Positions 25,533 to 37,829 are shown, counted from the stretch's first letter. The stretch is 64,000 nt of DNA from Prorocentrum cordatum (GCA_963575745.1 CAUYUJ010000225.1:992001-1056000); one strand, 5' to 3'. Translations and numbers: made by a program. Notes: generated from the letters alone by a model not told the origin.

Positions 25533-26323
25533 TCACTGGTCCTGCTGCTTGTCCTGCTGCTTGAGCTCCTCCACTTTCTGATCGAGCTCCTCGACTTTCT
25601 TCTGCAGGTCCTGGAGCGCCTGCCCCTGCGCCCGCAGGAGGTCCAGAATCTGATCCATCTTCTCGCCATGTTCTGTGCCATAAGGTTTGGAGCAGCGTTG
25701 GTCAAGAAATTGAGCATCGAGGTGATAACGGTGGTTAGCCCGTCCTGCTGCTGCTGCTGCGTAAGCTTCTGCTGCCACTGCTGTGCTCCTGCTGTTGCAG
25801 CTCCTGCTGTTGCAGCTCCTGATGACGCAGCTCTTGAGCTGTTCCAGCTTTTCCAAGTGTTCTCTCCTGCAGCTGTTCCAGCTTCTTGCTGATAGCCTTC
25901 ACTTTGCCATTGCTCTCTGCTCTCTCTGCTGCCCTTGAGCTTGGGCTTCTTCGACGACCTCCAATCATCCGCTTCATCGTTTTTCCGCTTCGGGGCGTAG
26001 CTCGAGTGGAGCACCACAGCGTTCATGATCTTAGAACACCATGCGGCCTTCTCCTCATCAGAACCCTGTGGACAAGCATTATGCCACCAGAGATGCTTAT
26101 TCTTTACATTCTTGATGTGGTCCGCCGAAATCTGGTGCGCCGGGGCTGCCCATTTCTCGCGCGGTAAACAAAACCACCAGGGCTCCTTAGGTTCTCCACT
26201 CGCCTTCGAAACGTACCCGCGAACTTCTAGCCATGGCGCATTAATGGGTCCAGTGTCAGGGTCCATGATGACGGTTTCTGGACATGGGCCAGGCCCCCCT
26301 GCGCTGGCCCCCATTTCTGACAT
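25533..26323 (-). pseudogene. Zn-finger-like/coiled-coil protein, copy 1 (frameshifted)
   Basis: WWFCLPREKWAAPAHQISADH resembles a matrin/U1-type finger. C-terminal LQKKVEELDQKVEELKQQ lies in a shifted frame. Paralog of 29777-30577. Confidence 0.6.
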
Positions 26324-26494
26324 GGCAGCCTGCAGGCGCCGCAAGAAATGCCTTGAGCCGAGGTGCCTGCGCTGCAGGAAAGCTGGGTGATCTGATAAAT
26401 GGAACCAAGAGGGGTCCAGGAGGCTATTTTGTGGGTTCCCGAGGGGCAGGGCGATTTGAGGGATCCCCCTTCGTTGATCGATTTCCCTCACATG

Positions 26495-26955
26495 GTAGAG
26501 CTCCCAGGGAGCTCTAACATGGCATGTTCCCTCACATGGTAGAGCTCCCAGGGAGCTCTAACATGGCATGTTAGAGCTCCCAGGGAGCTCGAACATGGTA
26601 TGTTAGAGCTTCAGGGAGCTCGAACAAGCTATGTTAGATCTCCCTGGGACCTCTAACATAGGATGTTAGAGCTCCCGTGGAGCTCTAACATGCTATGTTA
26701 GAGCTCCCGTGGAACTCTACCATGGCATGTTTGATCTCCCATGGAGCTCTAGCATGCTATGTTAGAGCTCCTACGGAGCTGTAACATACGATGTTATAGC
26801 CCCCAGGGGGCTCTAACATACTCTAACATGCTATGTTAGAGCTCCGTGGGAGCTCTAACATGCCATGTTAGAGCTCCCTGGGAGCTCTAACATAACATGT
26901 AAGAGCCCCATGGAGCTGTAACATACCATGTTAGAGCTCCTTGGGAGCTCTAACC
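26495..26955. repeat. GAGCTC palindromic satellite block
   Basis: Same unit as 22710-23730. Confidence 0.9.
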
Positions 26956-27604
26956 TACCCGCCGCCGCCGCCGCCCCTTAACCGTTTTACAATCGATTGC
27001 GCAACGGTTAAGACCCCCCTCTCGCCAGGGGGGTCTTAACCGTTGCACAATCGATTGTGAAACGGTTAGGCGCTCCGCCGCCGCCGCCGCCGCCGCCGCC
27101 ACGCCGCCGCCCCTTAACCGCACACAATCGATTGTGCAACGGTTAAGACCCCTCTCGCCAGGGGGGAGCCTAACCGTTGCGCAATCGATCGTGAAACGGT
27201 TAAGCGCCGCCGCCGCCGCCGGCCCCTTAACCGGTTCACAGTCGATTGCGCACGGTTAAGGCCCCCCCCCTCTCGCACAGGGGGGGGCCTTAACCGTATG
27301 CGCATCGATTGTGAAACGGTTAAGCGCCGCAGCCGCCGCCGCCGCCGCCGCCATCTGCTCCGTAACCGCTTAACCGTTTCACTCACAATCGATTGCGCAA
27401 CGGTTAAGACACCCCTCTCGCCAGGGGGGGCCTTGAACCGCTGCGCAATCGATTGTCAAACGGTTAAGCGCTCCGCCGCCGCCGCCGCTGCCGCCGCCGC
27501 CCCTTAACCGTTTCGCAATCGATTGCGCAACGGTTAAGGCCCCCCCCCCTCTCGCCAGGGGGGGTCTTAACCGTTGCGCAATCGATTGTGAAACGGTTAG
27601 CGCA

Positions 27605-27647
<43 letters not shown>

Positions 27648-27948
27648 TCCTTAGCCGCTTCACAATCGATTGCGCAACGGTTAAGGCCCCCCCCCCCCTG
27701 GCGAGAGGAGGGGGTCTGACCGTTGCGCGATCGATCGCGCAACGGTTCAGACCCCCTCCTCTCGCCAAGGGGGGGGCCTTAACCGTTGCGCAATCGATGT
27801 GAAACGGTAAGGGGTGGCGGCGGCGGCGGCGGCAGCGGCGGCGGCGGCGGCGCTTACGGTTGGACAATCGATTGCGCAACCGGTAAGCCCCCCCCCGGCG
27901 AGAGGGGGGGGGGTCTTAACGTGCGCATTCGATGCGAAACGGTTAGGG

Positions 27949-27983
<35 letters not shown>

Positions 27984-27985
27984 GT
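26956..27985. repeat. Second palindromic array: TTAACCGTT-GCGC-AATCGATT-GTGA-AACGGTTAA units separated alternately by CCCCCTCTCGCCAGGGGG and (GCC)n linkers
   Basis: About 15 imperfect palindromes. Linkers switch from (GCC)n to (GGC)n near 27700-27800. Confidence 0.9.
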
Positions 27986-28662
27986 GAGAGCTCCCAGGGG
28001 GCCCTAACATAGCAAGTTAGAATATGTTAGAGCTCCCTGGGAGCTCAAACATGTAATGTAAGAGCTCCCAGGGAACTCCCTGGCACCTCTAACCTAGCAT
28101 GTTAGACCTCCGACGGAGCTCTAACATGGCATGATAGAGCTCCAGGCAGCTCTAACATGTGATGTTGGCACTCCCAGGGAGCTCTAACATGGCATGCTAT
28201 ATTATGTAAGAGCTCCCTGGGAGCTCCAACATCGTATTATAGAGCTCCAATGGAGCTCTAACATAGCATGTTATATTATGTTAGAACTCCCTGAGAGCTC
28301 TAACATCGTATGTTCGAGCTCCGGGGGAGCTCTAACATCGTATGTTCGAACTCCGTGGGACCTGTAACATGTCATGTTGTAGCTCCCTGGGAGCTGAAAC
28401 ATGTCATGTAAGAGCTCCCAGGGAACTCCCTGGCACCTCTAACCTAGCATATTAGACCTCACAGGGAGCTCTAACATGGCATGATGGAGCTCCAGGAAGT
28501 TCTAGCATGCTATGTTGGCACTCCCAGGGAGCTCGAACATGGCATGTTAGAGCTCCAACGGAGCTCCAACATAGCATGTTAGAGTATGTTAGAGCTCACT
28601 GGGAGCTCTAACATGGTATGGTAGAGCTCCGTGGGAGCTCTAACATGGCATGTTAGAGCTCC
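27986..28662. repeat. GAGCTC palindromic satellite block
   Basis: Same unit as 22710-23730. Confidence 0.9.
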
Positions 28663-28692
28663 CGGCCTCCTCGTCGGAAGCGGCCCCCTCGA

Positions 28693-28745
28693 CTGGCTGG
28701 GATTAGGGCTGGTTTAGGTTGATGTTTTTGATGTGTTTTTGATGT
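28693..28745 (+). repeat. Diverged internal copy of the element terminus
   Basis: CTGGCTGGGATTAGGGCTGGTTTAGGTTGATGTTTTTGATG resembles the reverse complement of the right end. It is followed by the same (GAT)/(CAT) tracts seen inside both outer ends. Confidence 0.55.
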
Positions 28746-29059
28746 GATTATGGTCTTTCCTGTTGTTTGATGTTTTTTTTGATTGTGGTTATGGCGATGT
28801 TATGTTTTTCTGATTGTGATGATGACGATGCTTATGACGATGATAATGATAATTTCGAATGGCGACTATCCGATCGTATACATATACAATCAACATCATC
28901 TCCGTCACCATCATCACCATCATCCATCACCATCATCACCACCATCATCACCATCATCATCACGACGACGACGACGACGACGACGATGGCGGGGGGACGG
29001 CATGCGGACGTGCCCAATGGGACGACGACGACGACGACGACGACGGCGGGGGGGACGGC

Positions 29060-29482
29060 TCGATGGGAGCTCTAACATGCTATGTTAGAGGTCCCATCGA
29101 GTATGGGAGGCAACTCTAGCATGCTGTTAACATAGCAAGTTAGAGTATGTTGGAGCTCCTTGGGACTTCTAACATCGTATGTTAGAACTCCGTGGGGCCT
29201 CTAACATGTCATGTTATATATAGCTCCCTGGGAGCTGAAACATGTGATGTAAGAGCTCCCAGGGAACTCCCTGGCACCTCTAACCTTGCATGTTAGACCT
29301 CCCTGGGAGCTCTAACATTACATAGCACGTTCGATTATATTAGAGCTCCCTGGGAGCTCTAACATCGCATGTTAGAGCTCCAGTGTAGCTCCAACATAGC
29401 ATGTTAGATTATGGTAGAGCCCCAATGGAGCTCTAACATCGTATGTTAGAGCTCCGTGGGAGCTCTAACATGATATGTTAGA
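29060..29482. repeat. GAGCTC palindromic satellite block
   Basis: Same unit as 22710-23730. Confidence 0.9.
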
Positions 29483-29489
29483 ACTTCGT

Positions 29490-29660
29490 GGACGCACGAA
29501 GCCAGCGCCTGAAATCAATATAGCAACACCTGCTCCCAAAACGAAGTAGTCGAGGATCGAGCTCGAGGTGGGGCTCCGACAGGTGGGCGCTGTGGGGGCC
29601 ATAAGGAGCATACCCAATGTGCGAACAAATCCAGAGCCTCCCAAAACTTCAGGAGCCATA
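29490..29660 (-). mobile_element. Short fragment of a LINE APE-endonuclease region
   Basis: MAPEVLGGSGFV...PTAPTCRSPTSSSILDYFV resembles the PT...iDYf segment of APE domains. Confidence 0.4.
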
Positions 29661-29776
29661 TTCCAGCCCCCTGCGCCGCGTCAGCGCGGCGAAAGAGCCA
29701 GCGCGCGAGCCAGGCTGCACGCCTCCGACATCGGCTACCAGACGCCCATGCGAGGTCACTTGTCCTGCTGCTGAGC

Positions 29777-30577
29777 TCACTGGTCCTGCTGCTTGTCCTT
29801 CTGCTTGAGCTCCTCCACTTTCTGATCGAGCTCCTCGACTTTCTTCTGCAGGTTGCCCTGTGCCCGCAGGAGAGCCGCGAACATTTGTCCCTGTGCGCGC
29901 AGGAGAGCCAGAATCTCATCCATCGTCTCGTCCTTGTTCTGTGCGTTGGTCAAGAAATTGAGCATCGTGGTGGTAACGGCGGTTAGCCCGTCCTGCTGCT
30001 GCTGCTGCTGCGTAAGCTTCTGCTGCCACTGCTGTGCTCCTGCTGCATCAGCTCCTGCTGTTGCAGCTCCTGGTGACGCAGCTCTTGGGCTGTTCCAGCT
30101 TTTCCAGTTGTTCTTCTCTCCTGCAGCTGTTCCAGCTTCTTGCTGATGGCCTTCACTTTGCCATTGCTCTCCTCTGCCCTCTCTGGCCTTGACCTTGGCC
30201 TTCTTCGTCGACCTCCAGTCCTTCGCTTCATCGTCTTCCCGCTTCTGGACGTAGCTCGAGTGGAGCTCCACAGTGCTCATGATGGTAGAGCACCATGCGG
30301 TCTTGTCCTCATCAGAACCCTGTGGACAAGCATCATGGAACCAGAGATGCTTATTCTTTGCATTCTTGATGTGGTCCTGCGAAATATGGTGCGTCGGGGC
30401 TGCCCATTTGTCGCGCGCTGAACAAAACCACCAGGGCTCATTAGGTTCTCCACTCGTCTTCGAAACGTACTCCTTAACTTCTAGCCATGGAGCATCAATG
30501 CGTCCAGTGTCAGGGTCCATGATGACGGTTTCTGGACATGGGCCAGGCCCCCCTGCGCTGCCCTCCATTTCTGGCAT
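29777..30577 (-). CDS. Zn-finger-like/coiled-coil protein, copy 2 (open frame, ~266 aa)
   Basis: Intact ORF with WWFCSARDKWAAPTHHISQDH, poly-Q and a coiled-coil tail. Near-copy of 25533-26323. Confidence 0.65.
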   Translation of the reverse strand: MPEMEGSAGGPGPCPETVIMDPDTGRIDAPWLEVKEYVSKTSGEPNEPWWFCSARDKWAAPTHHISQDHIKNAKNKHLWFHDACPQGSDEDKTAWCSTIMSTVELHSSYVQKREDDEAKDWRSTKKAKVKAREGRGEQWQSEGHQQEAGTAAGEKNNWKSWNSPRAASPGAATAGADAAGAQQWQQKLTQQQQQQDGLTAVTTTMLNFLTNAQNKDETMDEILALLRAQGQMFAALLRAQGNLQKKVEELDQKVEELKQKDKQQDQ

Positions 30578-30969
30578 GGCAGCCTGCAGGCGCTGCAAGA
30601 AATGCCTTGAGCCGAGGTGCTTGCGCTACAGGAAAGCTGGGTGATCTGATAAATGGAACCTCGCAGCGGTTGCCATTTAGAGCTCCCTGGGATGTCTAAC
30701 GTACCATGTAAGAGCTCCTGGTGGCGTCTCCGAGCCCGGACTGGTTGTGTAACATGCTATGTGTCAGATCTGGTTCGAGGCCCCAGGGATCTCTAACATG
30801 CTGTGTGTGCTCTGCTAATATAGGACGTGGGAAAGACGGCGCGAGGGAGGAGAAAGGAAAGGTGATGCGATCTGTTGCTGCCGCGAGGAAACGCTTAGGG
30901 GACCTGGCGCAGACTGGGTCAGCGGCTGTTGCAGCGCACTGGCGATTCTGTCACTTCTGCATCGCAGCC

Positions 30970-31534
30970 TCAGTCGTCCCAGAGGTGAGGTCGAAACGGG
31001 AGATCGTCCTCACGCTCGCCAGTTTCTGGGTTGAGATAATGCATCTTCGTCGACGCGCCTGGTACAGAATCGTAGTACGACACCCAGCCTAGCGGAATAA
31101 GGTTATCATTCTCCACGGTGGTTCTCACTGGTTGCACGTTTTTTGAACTCCACTGGCAGCTTGGCGAATATTGTCTTGCTGCCCTTGAGCTTCTTGCCTG
31201 GACATTTCCAACGATAAATATCTTCGAGCAGGTCGTTCCGTCTGCTGAACTCCGCTGGAGGGGCATTTTTAGGATATGGAAGCAAGCAATCCAAATCCAT
31301 CCTTTCTGCCCTCAGCAGTTGTTGTGCAGTTTGTTCAATCACCACTAAAGATGATCCCCGTCGCCGTCCAGTCGAATTGTTACGATTTCTTACGATTTCC
31401 CGTTGGAACTGGTACATCACTCTCCCAGATCTGCGTGACCTGTCTGTTGCAGCAACTTCGCTAACGAATGTGCGGTGCCCGCGCGACTCTGCTTTTGAGA
31501 CATAATAGCCAGTGAGAACTACACAGGTAGCCAT
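30970..31534 (-). pseudogene. Small protein with a C-terminal WW-like domain (frameshift near 31130)
   Basis: LIPLGWVSYYD...KMHYLNPETGEREDDLP. Lower GC than its neighbours. SL-like AGCCATTTTGGCT upstream at 31744-31756. Confidence 0.5.
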
Positions 31535-31986
31535 ATGCAGAACGTGAGATGAGGCAGCAGGAGATGGCTCGGATGAGATGGCGAGGCAGGGGCAGAGGCA
31601 GTGGCAGAAGGACTTGGAACTCGAAACTCTGGGCCGATCGGAAACGAAATCCATGTGCTGATTGCGCTTTACTTATCTTATCCAGAGCGTAGCGCGTAGC
31701 GCGTGACGCTTGCACTTGAAACTTGAACTCTGAACAGCGTGGAAGCCAAAATGGCTTGCTGCTTGCTGGCTTGCTGTGGAGCTGCGAGTTACTTTAGGAA
31801 TTCTGTAATGTTTCGCTGGATGCGCTGGCGCACTGGCGCACTCGAGGCCCTTGCCCCTTGTCCCAATGTCCCTTGTTGGTCAACGGCCAACGGTCAACGG
31901 GGCAGCTTCCCCCACCACGTACCACGTCTGGGTAGTGCCCACTGCGCGCACAAGACAGCGGAGCTGGGCAGCTTCGCAAATGGCGC

Positions 31987-33200
31987 TCAGAATGTCCAAC
32001 AGACATATAGGAAGCTGTATGCGCAGTGCCTGACCGCAAGCCCCTGCTGCGACGCGACCTTGTTGTCAGCACGGGGGAAGTGCGCGATCACATCCTTCTC
32101 AACCTCTCCGCATTGTTTGTCGGGGAAGGACGCGACCACTTGCATCTCATCGTAGCTGAGCTTGTGCCCGCGCATGAAGCTTCGGTCGTTTCCTCGCCAC
32201 CCCCATCCTCCATTCCATCGCCATGAAGGGTCGCTCGTCGTGCCGATGTAGACGGAGCGCCCAGAGGCGATGGCACGATCGTGGAGGTGCCGCACGCGCT
32301 TCACCACTAGACCAACGTCGATGTCGATTGAATGCCGCGACAATCGCTAAGCACCTGTCGAGCGTCCTCCCGGGCGCCTTCCCACATCTTCTTAAGCCGC
32401 GTCTCTCGGCTGCGCGAGCGCATGCGACGCCTGGCAGGCGCTGTCACTCTTTTGCCGTTGTCGTCGAAACAAGCGACCTTCGCGAACTGAAATGCGCTGC
32501 CGCCATCGACCCCTGCAAAGGCCCTCGGGCTCCGAACTCCAGAGGCCTTGTCGCCACCGTCGCCGCATCCTGCTCGGCCCTCGACAGCGTCGGTAGGCGG
32601 TCCCCCGCGTGAAAGGTCGAGCCCCAGGCGATCTGTGATGAACGAAAATGTTTCATTGTTCCCCTTGCCCATGCCACCACCATTGACGCCCTCGGCGCTG
32701 ATGGTGTCATTGGCCATGACCTTGACCTTGACGTTCGCGCCGCAAGGCCCTCGAGCTGCTCCGCCGTCGCCGACGCTCCCTGGAGGAAGCGACGATGCTG
32801 ATGCTGGATGCACCTGTGCTGGAGAGGGCGATGCTGTCTGGATCTCGCAGGCCCTGATCTCTGGAGGCGATGCCGACGGCTCTTGCAAGCCCTTATCTCT
32901 GGAGGAAGCGATGCTGTCTGGATCTCGCGCTGCTCTGTGGGTGCCGCCAGCGGCGCCAACGCCCGCTGCAAAACCTCTCTGGTTGGCTTGTTGCGGACTC
33001 GCAGCGGCGGCGGCCACGGTCCGAACGTCCACAGCAACTCTGGCTTCAACATAGAGCGTCATACCTTCAGTGGCCTCGTCATCCGAGCCGCCGAACATGT
33101 CTCGCAGAAGGCAGGCAGACACCGACTGCGAGTCCGCGCTGGGAGACCCCTGGGATGAGGTGCTGAATAAAGGATCCCCCATGGCTCTTGCCCCAGCCAT
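31987..33200 (-). pseudogene. Protein with a low-complexity N-terminus and a C-terminal GIY-YIG-like nuclease domain (one frameshift near 32320)
   Basis: VYIGTTSDPSWRW...GH...EVEKDVI...DN...FLYV in ORF 31987-32343, which overlaps ORF 32307-33200. SL relic 10 nt upstream of the ATG. Confidence 0.65.
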
Positions 33201-34732
33201 GGGGAACTAGCTTGGGCCAATATGCCAAGATGATGTAAGGATGCGAATCCTGTCGCGGATCTGCTGGGGTGCTCGGGGCTCTGTGGGGTCCTGGGTGTGG
33301 TGCCCTAGGGCCCTAGGGCCCTCTCTGGTGGCCTCTTCCTCCTCGCTTGCTGCTTCCAGCTGGTGGCGACCAGGGAGGTACTGGGCACCAGAAAGCCGAA
33401 GGCTAGAGGCTAGAACAATTCGAACCAGGCAGCCCAAGCATCCAAGCGCCTAGCGCCTAGCGGCCTGGAGAGTGAGACAATCTGCATAAGGAATGCAGTT
33501 GATCTGAATGGGCGTCTTTCTCCTCATCTCTGAGATCAGGGATGCATGGGAGCGCCTGCGCTCGCTGTTCCAGCCATGCGCAGCACATGCGCGAGTCCTA
33601 TCGTGGGCCCATTCCCACTCGCGCCAGTAACAGATGCTCTCGCGGGCACCTTAGCTCAGAGCGTGATGCGCTCCACCCCCCTCCTCCCACCTGGACTCCT
33701 CCTCCTGACCTGGGGGGCGGGGGGGCGGGGGGGCTGTTGCAGCGGAGGCGCAGCAGGCGGCGAGGGGAGACGAGTCGGAGAAGCTCGCCGTTTTGTTGTC
33801 ACGCTTCTCTGCATAAACAGCTGTTCCTACGATGCCTAGCCCTATCGAACCTCGGGCGCACACCCGCATGCCTATCACTAGGAGCCTAGTGGACAGGCTT
33901 CTGCACGCCGAGAGACGGAGGGCGGCGCTCCTCTGGGGAGAGCCTGAAAGGGAAACTACAAATTACCTGCCTCCAGCACGACAACGGCGGCACGCCGAAC
34001 GGAGGCGCTGTTGCAGCGGAGCGCTGGCCACAAAGACTCTGCCGATTCCGTACAACCGTCCCCATCCCAGCCCCTTCCCATTCCCCTCGCTGCCATCCCC
34101 CTGAGTAAGTCAACTGGCAACCGGAGGCCAGCGAGCTGGATGCCAGGGTCCCTGAACGAGTGGCACGCTCCTAAGATGAGACGCGCGAGAGGACAATACC
34201 ACGCACAATACATGTACTTCGCGTTGACATGTGTGCTTATCATATACAAACACACACACCTCAGTCGTGCAGCCGGCTCAGCATCAAGGAAAACCGCAAG
34301 ACAAACCCAGTACGCACAGCGTCAAAGCGTATGCGGTGGGCCGCACAGGCGTGCCACTGTTACAATAATAAGGCAAACTTCAGGTCACCCGCGCCGAAGG
34401 GTATCTGACAGACAGTCACCACCCGACGCGACTGGAAGCACTTCGCCGACCGGGTCAGGCGCTCGAGAACTTGCGGTGTTCCGTCATGCTAGCCGCCCGC
34501 AACCCCACTCGAAATGTGTGCGAGGGTGCCGCGTGCTCGAATTGCGTGCGCATCTGTTGCATAGCGGAAAGCAGGGCTCATCCGAGAGGCGCATCTGTTG
34601 CAGGTCGGCCAAAACTGGCGCTGACAGAAGCAATGCCTAACCAGAACTGGCGCGTCGCAGTCGACTGTTGCAGTCTACCAGAAGCGCGCTCGGAGAGGCC
34701 CCGCGATTTACTGTGACAGTCTGTGCAAGCTG

Positions 34733-37071
34733 TCAGCTGCTCCCAGACGCGGGCTCGTCCCACCGAGGCTCCCAGAGTTGCTTTGCCTCGTCAGGGTGCG
34801 CGTAATACATGGGCGCGACTCTGTCGTGCAGCGTTTTTGGGTGCGGGCGACTGTAGTAGTTGCCATTGTACTGCACCTGCGCGTCCACGAGGATCCCGAA
34901 GATGTGCTCCCTGAAACAATAGCCATTGATGTTCTGCCTGATGCCGCCGATCCAATACTTGTACTGGCGCCTGTGGAAGTCCCATTCTGCCTGGATCACA
35001 ACGTGCGCGTAGTATTGGTGCTGCGGTTGCACCAGGCAGAAGACGATGTCTCCTTTCTGCACGGTGGACGCCTCCTTCACGACGCAGCCAGGGCCCGCAT
35101 CCGCTGTTACAGCTTCGATGGGGTGAAAGGTGCAGAAAACGTGCGACTGCACCAGAGGCCACATGGAGTTTCCCGAGCTCGGGTACCACACGGGGAAGCC
35201 GGCTGCGAGGTACTCACGTATCATCTTGTTCCTCTCTCCCCGCAGCCTTAATTCCAGAACTAACTTGTCGGGGTCCCACGCTGCACCCTCGACCAGCGTC
35301 CAGTCCTTGTGGAGCACGGGAATGGCCTCGTGCGGGGACGCCAAAACAAAGGGTGGAAGGCGCTTCGGCGTGCTCTGCTCGACGACTGCGGCCTCCTCGG
35401 GGGGCAACTTGGCGATGGACTTGCAACCTTTGGACTGCTCCGCCGTCTGACCGACCTTGCACGTAGTGAGAAGGCTGCCTTGGCTCTTGCAGCTATGCGG
35501 GCATTCGTCGTCTGTTCCGCCTGCCGCTTAAGAAGTCTCCCGCGCTCGATAGGCTCCTCGCTGTGCTCCATGGTGGCAGAAACCGTCGTCGCCCGTGTGG
35601 CTGACCCACGTGGAGCCTGGGATAACAGCTGGCGCTGCTCAGCCTCCATGTGTTCCTGCCGCGCTCGCTCTGGCTCGGGCTTGCAGTGGTCCGCCTCTTG
35701 TCGCAGCTGCTCTCTCGTCATCGGCGGCGGCGGCGGCGCGACCCTGCCCGATAAATCGATTGGCCGTGGCGGGCGGGCGGGCATCCGTTTCGGAAGAGGC
35801 TGGCCCTCCGTGGGCGTGTCACTGACCCTCTTCGCCGGCGCGCGCTTGGCCAACGGAGTCTTTTGTCCCCAATCATCCTCCTCCTGCCGAAGCGGAGACG
35901 TGAGAGGAGCACCCATCCCACGCCGTGCATGGCTTTCTGGCCGCGTCCGTGCCGTGACGGGAGCATCCCGCGCCGCGCTGCGGGCGCGCTCTCTGCCTCT
36001 GCGGGTACGGTCACCAGCCTCTCGGGGGGAGTCGCTGTCGGAGATCACAATCGTGTGGTGCGGATCACCCGGCTGCTCGGCCTGGGCCCGCGTTCTGTCG
36101 GCCTCCGACGGAAGCTCCGCCAGCCTGAGCCCGCTCCTCGCCGCCATCGGCGGGCCACTAGCGCCTGCTCCCTCACGAGCTGTTGCTGCCTCTCGCCGCC
36201 CGCTTGACGCTGTTGCAGCCAACTGGCGCTGGCGCGGCGACGCCTCTCTCTGGCGACTCCGGGCGTTTGACAGGCGCCGCTGCTGCCTCACCCACCGCTG
36301 CAGATCCCACTGGTACCGTACACAGTCTTCGATCCCAGTCGCCCCTGGCGGGTTCCGACGCTCCCAGTCTATCATCTCAATGTTCCACCTGATCTCCTCA
36401 TCGCTCAACTGCCTGCGTGCGGTCGCGTATAGGCATCCGTAGGGTCTCTCCTGGCCCTCCCAGACTCCTGGACGGTCGAAGATCATGATGCCGTCATTGT
36501 CCAACTGCTGCTGCTTATGTTGGACCCAGCGCAAGCGGCGCTCATGATCCAACGCCTCATCGTGTTCGCCCTCCTGACGCGCTAACTTTATATTCAACTC
36601 GCACCGCTCCCTCTGGCTCCGCAAGCCTTTGCGCTGGTTGTGCAAGTAATCCCAGGTGCCGACCTGAAGACTAGCCAAAACTGGAGAAGCTGTAGTACAA
36701 TTCGACGTCTAACTTGATAGGTTACACCTCCCTGGGGATATCCGACATGCTATGTTAGAGCTCCCTGGGATATCCAACATGCCATGTAGGAGCTGCGTGG
36801 GAGCTCTAACATGGTATGTTAGAGCTCCCTGGGAGCTCTAACATCCTCTAACATGCCATGTTAGATCTCCATGGGAGCTCTAACATGATATGTTAGAGCT
36901 CGAATGGAGCTCTAACACCCTCTAAGATGCCATGTTAGAGCTCCAGGTGAGGTCTAACATGGCATGTTAGAGCTCCAATGTAGCTCGAACGTCCTCTAAC
37001 CTGCCATGTTAGAGCCCCATTGGGAGCTCTAACATGGCATGTTAGAGCTCCATGGGAGCTCTTATCAAGCA

Positions 37072-37114
<43 letters not shown>

Positions 37115-37230
37115 ACTACAGCTAGCCCAGATTTGGCTGGTCTGACCTGGCGCCCGTTGCCCTTGCCCTTGCGCGCGTCGTCGTTGCCCTTGCCCTTGGC
37201 GCCCTTGCCCTTGCCGCCATTGCCGACCAT
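34733..37230 (-). pseudogene. Two-exon gene with a C-terminal S24/S26 (LexA/signal-peptidase fold) peptidase domain; frameshift near 35400-35470
   Basis: Exon 1 is 37147-37230 (MVGNGGKGKG...NGRQ) and exon 2 starts at 36663 (VGTWDY...). Motifs SSGNSMWP, GDIVFC, YYAHVV and EHIFG in ORF 34733-35407. Confidence 0.65.
36664..37146 (-). other. GT-AG intron containing the GAGCTC satellite and a poly-G/C run
   Basis: Borders CAG|GTCAGA...CTTCAG|GTC; phase-0 in-frame join. Confidence 0.7.
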
Positions 37231-37829
37231 CTGCGCTGTTGCAGCTGGGGCGGGCTGGGAACAGCGCGCGCGCGGCGCGCGGGCAGAGTAAGGAGTCGAG
37301 CCGACAGCTACGGAGACGAGGGAGACAGAGAGAGGGAGAGAGATCCCCAAAGCTTTCGGATGAGATCACTGCAGAGGTTTCGATGGGGATGGGAAGGTTG
37401 AACTGTCTCAGCCGCGGCAAAGGGGGGGGGATCATCGCTCTGGAGGTTTCGATGGGGATCGCTCGCATGCACGCGAACACGTAGGTGGACTGGGGGCTGG
37501 ACTGGACAAGTGCGGTGGAAGATGGCCTCGTCGCTACTCCTGCCTCGTCCTGCTCCCCCCTCCTCCTTCAGCCCCATCACCCCCCTCATCCCCCTCCTCC
37601 TGAGGGCGGCCCTGGGCGCCCGATGCTTCCCGCCCCCACCCTTTCACCCTCGCCGCCGACAACCGCCGCCACGGGCAACGGCAGCCCCCCCCCCCCCCAT
37701 CGGCGACCTTCAGGTCCCCAGCGGCGGGCAGCGCCGCCAACGGCAGCGGCGCCCACTGGGGGGCGCAGGGGAGGTAAGGTCGGACGACGTTGGGCGGCGC
37801 TCTTTTTAAACAAAACTGGCACGATCGCA

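Noticed and set aside
22710..29482. Palindromic repeat arrays as CRISPR arrays
   Set aside because: Spacers are only ~3 nt or are themselves repetitive, there are no cas genes, and the context is eukaryotic.
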